DNA of 63,308 nucleotides, filler included, from Sphingomonadaceae bacterium (lineage in GTDB: Bacteria > Chloroflexota > UBA6077): NCBI GenBank assembly GCA_050261575.1. It is 4 parts of 4 records of this genome, joined end to end, with 100 filler letters (N's around TTAATTAATTAA, not from the genome) between each part and the next. Parts side by side here need not be neighbours in the genome. Positions count along the whole stretch, not along the records: positions 14,695 to 38,883 come from JBLNDL010000047.1; 3 more parts are not named here. One strand, written 5' to 3'. Both the position numbers and the translations under genes were made by a program. How positions within the stretch are numbered: the stretch's first letter is position 1; every line of letters starts with the position of its first letter. The notes beneath the pieces are model-generated. The model was not told the origin of the DNA. It searched no databases and worked only from the letters and a program-made list of their open reading frames with translations. Below, piece after piece: positions 28,280-36,248 of the stretch.

Positions 28280-30502
28280 ATGGAAGAGGGGCAGGCCAGA
28301 CCGGCCAGGGACGAAAACGCTCGCTCTCGAGATACCCGCGCTGAGGCCGTTTATCGCGCTACCCTGGCCATCGCCACGGAGCTCTCGCTGGATACGGCCC
28401 TGCAGAAGATCGTCGACGCGGCCAGGGAGTTGGTGAACGCCCGCTACGCGGCGCTCGGGGTGGTCGACGAGGAGCGTCGGCGACTGACCCGCTTCGTCGT
28501 GTCGGGCATGACGGACGAGCAGGTTCGGAAGGTAGGGCACTGGCCTCGAGGTCTGGGACTCCTCGGCGAACTCATTCACTTCCCTCGTCCCCTGCGGGTG
28601 AAGGACATCTCGAAGGACCCCCGCTCGGTGGGCGTCCCGCCCCACCACCCTCGAATGAAGAGTTTCCTCGGCGTCCCCATCATTCGAGGCAACAGGGTGC
28701 TGGGCAACTTCTATATGACGGACAAAGAGGGTGCCGAGGAGTTCAGTGAGGGGGACGAGGAGATCCTCTCCCTGTTTGCCGCGCACGCCGCCATCGCCAT
28801 CGAGAATGCGCGCCTCTACACCGAGACCGATATCCTTCTTCGAGAGAAGATCGTGGAGGTGGAGCGCGCGGAGCGCCGTTCCCGCTTCCTGGCCGAGCTG
28901 GGCGCACTGTTGCTGCGGCTATCGCCGGGCGAGGATCCGCCGATCCAGAGGATCGTCGAGCGGGCGACGGAGCCGCTGGGCGACGTCGGCGCCATCTACC
29001 TCGTGGAGCCCGGCGACTCGGGCACCGTGGTGGCCAGTGCGGTCTTCCACCGCGCCCCCCACCGTAAGGAGGCGGCGGAGCGGGCGCTGCAGCGATCGTG
29101 GGAGGCGATTCGGCACCAGGTGCTGCTCGCCAGAGGCAGCGCCCTGCTGCCCGAGATAGGCGAGGGAGCTGGCCACGCGTCCTCCCCGTTCGATCTGGCG
29201 GCGATGGTCGAAGGACGCTTCTCCGCCGCCCTGGCGGTGCCCATCGCCACCCGGCAAAGCACCTACGGCGTCTTCGTCTCCCTGGCCAGCCGGCCCCTCA
29301 CATTCTCCGAAGACGATCTCCGCTTCGCCACCCTCATGGCGGACCAACTGAGCGGAGCGCTGCACAGCGCCCGCCTCCACCGCCGGGAGATGGAGACCAG
29401 GGGGAAGGTGGAGGAGCTGGCCCGGCTGGCGCAGCAGCGAGCCTCGGAGCTGGAGACCGTGCTCAACACCATGGCTGAGGCGGTCTACGTCGTCGACAAG
29501 GACATGAGGATGGTCCGGCGCAACAGGGCCTACGACCAGATGGTGGGCGCCTCGGCGAGCAGGCAGGTCATCACGACCCTCCACGATCACTTCACGCTGC
29601 TGAATCCTCGGGATGAGCGGGGCGAACCACTCGCCTTCGATCAACTGCCTCCGGTCCAGGTGCTGGCGGGCGAGAGCTTCACCAACCGTGTGATCATGAT
29701 CACCCCCCTGTCCGGCAAGGGTGATCGGTACCTAAGCATCAGCGGTTCCCCTATTCACGACGCGGACGGACAGATCGTTGCCGCCGTCAACGTCGCAAGG
29801 GACGTGACCGAGGTGAAAGAGGTTGACCTGCTGAAGGACGAGTTCATCTCAGTGGCGTCCCACGAACTGAAGACCCCCCTGACCGTGGTGAAGGGCTACG
29901 CCCAGATCCTCGTCCATCGGCTGCGATCACTTCCAGAGAGGGCGGGAGAGGCCAAGATGGCCGGCCAGATCCTGGAGCAAACCAACAGGATGTCCGACCT
30001 GGCAGAGCGGCTGCTGGACGTCTCCCGCATCCAGTTCGGCCGGCTGACACTGGAGAAGCAGCAGGTGGATCTCGCTGCCCTAGTGCGAGAGGTCGCAGAG
30101 CGGATAAGGATGGGGGTCAAGAAGCATCCCATCCACATCTCCGCCGGCCGGCCGGCTCCGGCGCGGGTGGACCCCGGCCGGATCGAGCAGGTGATCACCA
30201 ACCTGATCTCCAACGCCGCCAAGTACTCCCCGGACGGTGCCGACATCGACGTGGCAGTGGAGCGGCAGGATAACCAGACACTGATCTCCGTGCGCGACCA
30301 CGGCTACGGCATACCGAGGGAGCAGCAGCCACACATCTTCCGCCGCTTCTTCCGCGCAAGCACCGGCCAGGGCAAGCAGGGGGCCGGCCTTGGGCTGTAC
30401 GTGAGCAAGGGGATCGTGGAGACCCACGGGGGCAGGATCTGGTTCGACAGCGAGGAGGGCAAGGGGACGACCTTCTACGTCGCGCTACCTTCGGGAAACT
30501 GA
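28280..30502 (+). CDS. Cytoplasmic GAF-GAF-PAS sensor histidine kinase with a DosS/DosT-like first GAF domain
   Basis: No TM helix. ARELVNARYAALGV, GLLGELI..PRPLR..DI..DPRSVGVPPHHPRMKSFLGVPI; PAS-like LETVLNTMAEAVYVVD; H-box ASHELKTPL; NAAKYS, DHGYGI, GLGL. GAGGAG precedes ATG 28280. Confidence 0.9.
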   Translation: MEEGQARPARDENARSRDTRAEAVYRATLAIATELSLDTALQKIVDAARELVNARYAALGVVDEERRRLTRFVVSGMTDEQVRKVGHWPRGLGLLGELIHFPRPLRVKDISKDPRSVGVPPHHPRMKSFLGVPIIRGNRVLGNFYMTDKEGAEEFSEGDEEILSLFAAHAAIAIENARLYTETDILLREKIVEVERAERRSRFLAELGALLLRLSPGEDPPIQRIVERATEPLGDVGAIYLVEPGDSGTVVASAVFHRAPHRKEAAERALQRSWEAIRHQVLLARGSALLPEIGEGAGHASSPFDLAAMVEGRFSAALAVPIATRQSTYGVFVSLASRPLTFSEDDLRFATLMADQLSGALHSARLHRREMETRGKVEELARLAQQRASELETVLNTMAEAVYVVDKDMRMVRRNRAYDQMVGASASRQVITTLHDHFTLLNPRDERGEPLAFDQLPPVQVLAGESFTNRVIMITPLSGKGDRYLSISGSPIHDADGQIVAAVNVARDVTEVKEVDLLKDEFISVASHELKTPLTVVKGYAQILVHRLRSLPERAGEAKMAGQILEQTNRMSDLAERLLDVSRIQFGRLTLEKQQVDLAALVREVAERIRMGVKKHPIHISAGRPAPARVDPGRIEQVITNLISNAAKYSPDGADIDVAVERQDNQTLISVRDHGYGIPREQQPHIFRRFFRASTGQGKQGAGLGLYVSKGIVETHGGRIWFDSEEGKGTTFYVALPSGN

Positions 30503-30507
30503 CGGCC

Positions 30508-31869
30508 CTACTGCGGCAGTTTGTAGTCTGCGCCCAGGACGATCCTTATGTCGGGACCCGAGTCGACCTTAGACGGGACGGGGGTGGCCGTCACCACCGC
30601 CTGCCGCCCCAGCCCCAGAGCCTCTGCCAGCAGGTCGGCCGTCCCCTTCTTCTCGCCCATCACCAGGATCTGGGTGCTCTTGTAGTCGCTGCGGTCCGCG
30701 GTGGAGATCTTCGTCACGTTGAAGCCCCGGTCCAACAGGTAGTCGCCGGTCTTCGTTGCCAATCCAGACCTAGGGGTACCGTTAGACACCTCTATCCTGG
30801 CCGCCTCGCTCTTGACTACCGGATCTGCCAACAGGGCGGCGATGGCCTTACGGATCTCCGGCTTGTTGGGCATCAAGAGGTCGGCGCCGCCCTCACCCAC
30901 GAATGGGGTCGCCAGCTTCTCGTCTATCACCAGGTTGCTGATGCTGTCGGCGTCGATCTCGGTCGCCAGCTTGGCCAGCCGCAGGATCTCGGTCGCGGGA
31001 ATGTCGGTCTCCACCATGTCCCGCATCGTGCCCATCAGGCTGGGAAGCCTGGGGATGACGTTCAACTGCAGCGCGCGGTCCTTGATGGCAAGCAGCAGCT
31101 TCTGCTGGCGTTTCGCCCTGCCGAAGTCGTTCTCGGTGTGGCGGGAGCGAGCGTACTGCAGCGCCACCTTGCCGTTCATGTGCTGCCGGCCAGCGGGAAT
31201 GTAAATGGTCATGGTTTCGTAGTCCTCGGTGGGATACGCGTCATCGCGGATGGCGCGCTCGACGTCCACGTCGACCCCACCGAGGGTGTCCACGATCTTC
31301 TCGAAGCCCCTAAAGTTGACCCGAGCGTAGTAATCGATCCTGAGGCCGAAGTTGGCCTCTATCGTCTTCTTGGCCAGCGCGGGCCCTCCGCCCTCGTAAT
31401 GGTAGGCGTCGCCCAGGAAGTTGGCCACGTTGATCCTGTTGTCGGCGTAGCCCGGGATCTGGACCCACATGTCCCGGGGGAAGGAGATCATCGCAGCCCG
31501 CTTGCCGACAGGCTCGATGCTAACCACCATCATGGTGTCGCTGCGGGTGGGCACGCCGCGCTCGTCATCTCTCTGGTCCACCCCCAGCAGCAGGATGTTC
31601 ACCCGCTGCTTGTCCCGATTCTCCCCCACCCCCTTGCCATCGTCTTCGTTCGTGCTGGCGGATGCGGGCGGCACCAAGCCCACTCCTCCCCACTTGGGAA
31701 GCACGTCGGGATATGCCTCGGAAGAGGCGGAGAACAGGAAGAGGTAGGCGAAGACGAAACCCCCAACGACGAAGACAAGGAAAGAGACGGCAATGAGGCC
31801 GAACACCATCTTGCCGGCGCTCTTACTGTTCCCTTGCTCTCCACGGGAGGTGTTGCTGGACACCCCCAC
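30508..31869 (-). CDS. LCP (LytR-CpsA-Psr) family glycopolymer transferase with LytR_C domain
   Basis: One TM helix, NILLLGVD, RSDTMMV, SFPRD, ALQYARSRH, DFGRAKRQQ; C-terminal IEVSNGTPRSGLA...DIRIVLGADY. Confidence 0.93.
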   Translation of the reverse strand: MGVSSNTSRGEQGNSKSAGKMVFGLIAVSFLVFVVGGFVFAYLFLFSASSEAYPDVLPKWGGVGLVPPASASTNEDDGKGVGENRDKQRVNILLLGVDQRDDERGVPTRSDTMMVVSIEPVGKRAAMISFPRDMWVQIPGYADNRINVANFLGDAYHYEGGGPALAKKTIEANFGLRIDYYARVNFRGFEKIVDTLGGVDVDVERAIRDDAYPTEDYETMTIYIPAGRQHMNGKVALQYARSRHTENDFGRAKRQQKLLLAIKDRALQLNVIPRLPSLMGTMRDMVETDIPATEILRLAKLATEIDADSISNLVIDEKLATPFVGEGGADLLMPNKPEIRKAIAALLADPVVKSEAARIEVSNGTPRSGLATKTGDYLLDRGFNVTKISTADRSDYKSTQILVMGEKKGTADLLAEALGLGRQAVVTATPVPSKVDSGPDIRIVLGADYKLPQ

Positions 31870-31889
31870 GGTGCGACCTCCAATAACGA

Positions 31890-32036
31890 GCCGTCAGCCA
31901 CCGGCCTTCGGCTATCAGCGACCGCGCTAAACAGGCATTCTGGCTTACTGGATCAACTCGTTGGCCGGTCTCGTCGGACCCGACGCCGGCAACCGGCGGT
32001 CGTGCGCTGATAGTCGAGAGCAGATGGCTGACCGCT
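31890..32036. repeat. Degenerate inverted heptamer repeats in the LCP leader
   Basis: GCCGTCA GCCACCG GCCTTCG GCTATCA ... GCTGATA GTCGAGA GCAGATG GCTGACC. Confidence 0.5.
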
Positions 32037-32050
32037 CTCCCTGATCGGGG

Positions 32051-32061
32051 ATTCTAGCACA
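32051..32061 (-). promoter_or_regulatory. Putative extended -10 promoter (TGTGCTAGAAT) for the LCP gene
   Basis: TGnTAGAAT about 180 nt upstream of the LCP start. Confidence 0.45.
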
Positions 32062-32369
32062 ACCAATCCAAAGCCTGCAGCACCAAGCACCCTGTTCCGC
32101 CCCGCGGCGCCACTCACTGATACAACTGCCAGCCGCTGGAATCGTAACGGCCCGCCCTGGTCCACCTTCCAGCCCACCACCGCCATGCCGGCGGTGGCGA
32201 TCATCTTCAACTACCGGCAAGCTCCGTACCACAAAGATGCCCGCCACATGGGCCGAGGGAGCGCCACGCATCGAACTTCACCAAGGTTGCACTTGCCCTC
32301 GGGGGGATGCTCCCGTATATTTGTCCCATCTCTCATCCATCGTCGACTTCAAGCCAGCAGAGGTGCCCG

Positions 32370-32903
32370 ATGCCAATTCGACTTTCCGTATTCGAGTCCG
32401 AATGGGGCTGGCTCGGCATGGCAGTCTCCCGCCGTGGCCTGGCTGGTCTGATCCTCCCGCAAGCCACCGAGGAGGCCGCCTGGGATCGCCTCTACACGGG
32501 ATGGCCGCAGGGCTTCCCCCAGGAGGGTAGCGCCTGGCCCGAACTCCAGCAGAAGCTGCTGACCTACCTGGCGGGACAGTTCGTGGATTTCTCCGACATC
32601 CCTCTGGACCTCCCCGAGAAGCCTCTCTTCTGGCGACGGGTGTGGGACGCCTGCGCCCGCATACCCTACGGCCAAACCCGCAGCTACGCCAGTCTGGCCG
32701 CGGAGGCGGGCTCGCCCAGGGCCTTCCGGGCCGTGGGGGGCGCCATGGCAGCGAACCCTATTCCCATCGTCATTCCCTGCCACCGAGTGGTGGGCAGCAA
32801 CGGCACCCTGACAGGCTTCGGAGGGGGACTGGAGCAGAAGAAGCGGCTCTTGGAGATGGAAGCTGTGGCGACACGGGAGCACGGAATCGCGGGGACGCGA
32901 TGA
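32370..32903 (+). CDS. ogt: Methylated-DNA-protein-cysteine methyltransferase
   Basis: IPYGQTRSY, RAVGGAMAANPIPIVIPCHRVVG, GFGGGLEQKKRLL. Start ATG 32370 after GAGGTG, 177 aa. Confidence 0.95.
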   Translation: MPIRLSVFESEWGWLGMAVSRRGLAGLILPQATEEAAWDRLYTGWPQGFPQEGSAWPELQQKLLTYLAGQFVDFSDIPLDLPEKPLFWRRVWDACARIPYGQTRSYASLAAEAGSPRAFRAVGGAMAANPIPIVIPCHRVVGSNGTLTGFGGGLEQKKRLLEMEAVATREHGIAGTR

Positions 32904-32952
32904 CGCGGGGAGGAGAACCCCTCGCGCCACTGCGTATCCGCGTCCCCGCGTC
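32870..32952. repeat. Inverted tandem octamer repeats between convergent ogt and echF
   Basis: GACACGGG AGCACGGA ATCGCGGG GACGCGAT GACGCGGG ... CACTGCGT ATCCGCGT CCCCGCGT; may serve as the shared terminator hairpin. Confidence 0.5.
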
Positions 32953-32958
32953 TGAGGG

Positions 32959-33327
32959 CTACTGGTTCGCCGTGGCCGCCGGAGCCTTCTCCTGGCTGTC
33001 ACCGCGGACCACCACGGTGGGCTTGGTGTACTCGGGCGCCCTCCACTGGTTCACCAGCTTGATCCCATTCCGCGGGCACACCTCCACACATGCCTCGCAG
33101 ATGATGCACCGGAACGGCTCGAAGTAAAAGGCCTTGTTGGCCCGATCTACGTTGATCGCCGCCGTCGGGCATCGCCTGGCGCACGCGCCGCAGAAGGTGC
33201 AGTTCTCCGGAACCAGCTCTATCTGCCCCCTAGCGTTCTCGAACGGCTCCCGCTTCTGGAAGGGATAGAGCCGCGTGGCGGGCCCCCCGAAGAGGTTGCC
33301 CAGAACCCCAGGTAAGAACCAAGGCAT
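32959..33327 (-). CDS. echF: Ech hydrogenase 2x[4Fe-4S] subunit F
   Basis: PATRLYP, CTFCGACARRCP and CIICEACVEVCP; last gene of the ech operon. Confidence 0.9.
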   Translation of the reverse strand: MPWFLPGVLGNLFGGPATRLYPFQKREPFENARGQIELVPENCTFCGACARRCPTAAINVDRANKAFYFEPFRCIICEACVEVCPRNGIKLVNQWRAPEYTKPTVVVRGDSQEKAPAATANQ

Positions 33328-33385
33328 TTGTGGCCTCCTTCCAAGCGCTGTGTCCTGCTTCCCGATACTCAGGACTCAGCACTCG

Positions 33386-34465
33386 CTATCTTTCGGTGCA
33401 ACTGAAGCACGGGTCGATGGACAGCGCGATCACCGGCACGTCCGCCAGCGTCATCCCCGGCAGCATGGCCACCAATGTAGCTGCGTTCTGGTAGGTTGGG
33501 GTCCGCACACGCAGCCGCTCCAGGTTCTTCGTGCCGTTGCCCTTGATGTAGTAGATCAGCTCGCCCCGAGGCTGCTCTACCCGCATCACCGCCTCGCCGT
33601 TGGGGTTCCCGCGAACCTTCACCGCGATGTCGCCGGCAGGCATCTTCTCGATCGCCTGGCGCACCAGATCCATCGCCTGGTAGGCCTCCCGCAGCCTCAC
33701 CACGGAGCGCGCATAGCTGTCGCAACCGGTCTCCACCACCGGCTCGAACTTGAGCTGCCCGTAGGCGGCGTAACCGGTCATTCGCACGTCCTGAGCGATG
33801 CCGCTGCCCCTCAAGGTGGGGCCTACCGCTCCGAAGGCCAGCGCCTGCTCCTTGCTCAGCATCCCCACGCCGATGCAGCGCTTCCGGATCGTGTAGTCCT
33901 TCTCGATGACGCCAGCCACCTGGTCCAACCCCTTCTGCACTTCCTTCAGCGTGTCCAGGATCTCCTCCAGTAGCTGGTCGCTGAGGTCCCGGCGCACGCC
34001 GCCGATGGTGCAGGTCGAGATGATCACCCGGCTGCCGCACGACTTCTCCAGGATGTCCATCACCTTTTCGCGGTAGCGCCAGGTCTGCATGAAGAGGCTC
34101 TCGAAGCCGAAGGCGTCTGCAAGTAGACCCAGGTAGAGGAGATGGCTGTGCAGCCTGTGCAGCTCACCCCAGATCACCCGCAGAAACTTGGCTCGCTCCG
34201 GAACCTCCACCCCCATGATCTTCTCGATCCCCTGGCAGTAGCAGAGGGCGTGGATGAAGCTGCAGATGCCGCAGATGCGCTCCACGAGGAAGACGTTCTG
34301 CGGAAAATCGTTGATCTCGCCGGCCTTCTCCACACCTCGATGGCAGTAGCCGAAGGCTGGCAGGGCGCTGACGATCTTCTCGTCCTCCAGCGTCAGCTTG
34401 AGCTGGATCGGCTCCGGCAGAACCGGATGCTGCGGACCGAAGGGGACTACAGTCTGCCGGCTCAT
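33386..34465 (-). CDS. echE: Ech [NiFe]-hydrogenase large subunit E (group 4)
   Basis: PFGPQHPVLPEP, L1 motif ERICGICSFIH, EQPRGE, L2 motif DPCFSCTER at the very C-terminus with no cleavable extension. Confidence 0.95.
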   Translation of the reverse strand: MSRQTVVPFGPQHPVLPEPIQLKLTLEDEKIVSALPAFGYCHRGVEKAGEINDFPQNVFLVERICGICSFIHALCYCQGIEKIMGVEVPERAKFLRVIWGELHRLHSHLLYLGLLADAFGFESLFMQTWRYREKVMDILEKSCGSRVIISTCTIGGVRRDLSDQLLEEILDTLKEVQKGLDQVAGVIEKDYTIRKRCIGVGMLSKEQALAFGAVGPTLRGSGIAQDVRMTGYAAYGQLKFEPVVETGCDSYARSVVRLREAYQAMDLVRQAIEKMPAGDIAVKVRGNPNGEAVMRVEQPRGELIYYIKGNGTKNLERLRVRTPTYQNAATLVAMLPGMTLADVPVIALSIDPCFSCTER

Positions 34466-34851
34466 TGGGCACCTCCGTTGGGGCTGGTCGCTACAGAAGT
34501 CACCTGCACAGACTTCAGCAGCGGCGTCTGGAGTGTCTCCTCGGTCACCAACAGCTTTCCTTCGTAATCGATGGCGATGCCGGTGATCTTGGCCCCGAAC
34601 ATCTCCTTCATTTCGTTCTCGATCAGGAAAGCGCCGATGTAGACCCCGCTGATGCTCGGAACCTCGTCCTCCTTGGGGAAGACCATCCTCAGGTGCTCCA
34701 GCGTCAGGTCCTTGTCGAAGTGGTAGATGATCTCGAAGTTCTCTCCCTGGTCCAGGCAGGTGGCGGTGGCCAGGCGATAGCCCGCATCCACCAGCTTCTT
34801 CACCTCGGATACCAACTCAGCGGGGGTTACCGCCCTCTCGTTCTCGATCAC
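34462..34851 (-). CDS. echD: Ech hydrogenase subunit D (NuoC-like)
   Basis: EIIYHFDKD, VPSISGVY.GAFLIENEMKEMFG, IAIDY. GTG 34851 overlaps the echC stop; 129 aa. Confidence 0.88.
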   Translation of the reverse strand: MIENERAVTPAELVSEVKKLVDAGYRLATATCLDQGENFEIIYHFDKDLTLEHLRMVFPKEDEVPSISGVYIGAFLIENEMKEMFGAKITGIAIDYEGKLLVTEETLQTPLLKSVQVTSVATSPNGGAQ

Positions 34852-35291
34852 TTCGCAGCCTCCTTGCCGTTGGCCGGCGCAAACAGGGCCAGCGCCTTCA
34901 CCACCCCGTCGATGATCGCCTCTGGCTTGGCCGCGCACCCGGGGACGTAGACGTTTACCGGGATCACCTTGTCCACGCCGCCCATCACGTTGTAGCAGTT
35001 GTGGAACACCCCGCCGCTGCAGGCGCAGGTCCCCACTGCTATCACCGCCTTCGGCTCCGGCATCTGCTCGTACAGGTTGCGCAGCACCCTCTGGTTCCGG
35101 CGGTTGGCCGGCCCGGTCACCACCAGCACGTCGGCGTGCTTCGGGTTCCCCACGTTCACGATCCCGAAGCGCTCCACGTCGTACAGGGGGGTCAGGCAGG
35201 CCAGTATCTCGATGTCACACCCGTTGCAGCTACCACAGTCGTAGTGCAGTATCCAGGGCGACTTTACTCTGGCTGTGTCTACCAGTCCCAT
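34848..35291 (-). CDS. echC: Ech hydrogenase small subunit C
   Basis: KSPWILHYDCGSCNGCDIE, GNPKHAD, VGTCACSGGVF, YVPGCAAKPEAI. Confidence 0.93.
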   Translation of the reverse strand: MGLVDTARVKSPWILHYDCGSCNGCDIEILACLTPLYDVERFGIVNVGNPKHADVLVVTGPANRRNQRVLRNLYEQMPEPKAVIAVGTCACSGGVFHNCYNVMGGVDKVIPVNVYVPGCAAKPEAIIDGVVKALALFAPANGKEAAK

Positions 35292-35307
35292 CGCTCCCTC
35301 CTATCTA

Positions 35308-35400
35308 GTGATGAGTCATGAGTGATGAGTAATGAGCGGGAAACTCCATACTCATAACCCATTCCCCTTCACTCACCACTCCATTCTCATTGCTCATCAC
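35308..35400. repeat. Inverted tandem heptamer repeats inside the ech operon
   Basis: GTGATGA GTCATGA GTGATGA GTAATGA ... CTCATTG CTCATCA. Confidence 0.75.
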
Positions 35401-36248
35401 TTCATGATGTACAGCGCTGCGATGTTGACCACGCTCAGGCTGATGCCGGTAGCCCACACGAACTTGATCATCCAGGGCCAGGTCATTCGCGCCTCGATGT
35501 TGTCCACCACGATCTCCAGCAGGAAGGCGGCGAGCGCGATCGCCAGTGCCGCCCAGATGCTGGTCGCCCAGAAGAGGCCGATGATCCCCAGCACCAGCAG
35601 CAACTCGTACCAGTGGGTCAACTCCACCAGCGCCAGGTAGGGGCCGGAGTACTCGGTGTAGACCCCGCGAACGATCTCCTGGTGGGCGTGGGCCGAGGCG
35701 GAGATGTCGAATGGGGACTTCCTCATCTTGATGGTCAGGATGATCAGCAGCGCCACGAAGACCAGGGGCAACGAGAACAACAGTGGCTGCTGCAGTCTGA
35801 AGATGTCCGACACCATGAAGCTGCCGGTCTGGAGGTAGATCGCCACCGCCGCCAGCATCAGGATCGGCTCGTACGCCACCATCTGCAGGATCTCTCGCTG
35901 AGCCCCGAAGTTGGAGTAGGGGGACTTGACGGAGAAGGCCCCCATGATCAGCGAGACCCCGCCGAAGGCCAGTACGAAGATGATGATCAGCAGGTCCTGC
36001 CGCAGCGCCAGCAGGCAGAGGGCAGTGATGGTGAACAGCAGGTAGCCGTACACGTACATCATCTGCGACTGGTTCACCACGATCCGGCTCTTGGACCACA
36101 GCTTGATGAAGTCGTAGAAGGGCTGCAAGAGGGGTGGACCGTAGCGCCCTTGCAGCCTCGCCGTCAGCTTCCGGTCGACGCCGAAAAGGAAGCCGCCTAC
36201 TATCGGACCCAGGACTATAGTAGCGAGCACGATCAGCAGGTCGTTCAT
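35397..36248 (-). CDS. echB: Ech hydrogenase membrane subunit B (NuoH-like)
   Basis: GVDRKLTARLQGRYGPPLLQPFYDF.KL, SPYS..GAQRE, KSPFDIS.S.HAHQEIVRG..TEYSG. Start ATG 36248 overlaps the echA stop. Confidence 0.92.
   Translation of the reverse strand: MNDLLIVLATIVLGPIVGGFLFGVDRKLTARLQGRYGPPLLQPFYDFIKLWSKSRIVVNQSQMMYVYGYLLFTITALCLLALRQDLLIIIFVLAFGGVSLIMGAFSVKSPYSNFGAQREILQMVAYEPILMLAAVAIYLQTGSFMVSDIFRLQQPLLFSLPLVFVALLIILTIKMRKSPFDISASAHAHQEIVRGVYTEYSGPYLALVELTHWYELLLVLGIIGLFWATSIWAALAIALAAFLLEIVVDNIEARMTWPWMIKFVWATGISLSVVNIAALYIMK

Noticed and set aside
33386..34465. Possible selenocysteine [NiFeSe] hydrogenase
   Set aside because: All four metal ligands are ordinary Cys codons and there is no in-frame TGA.
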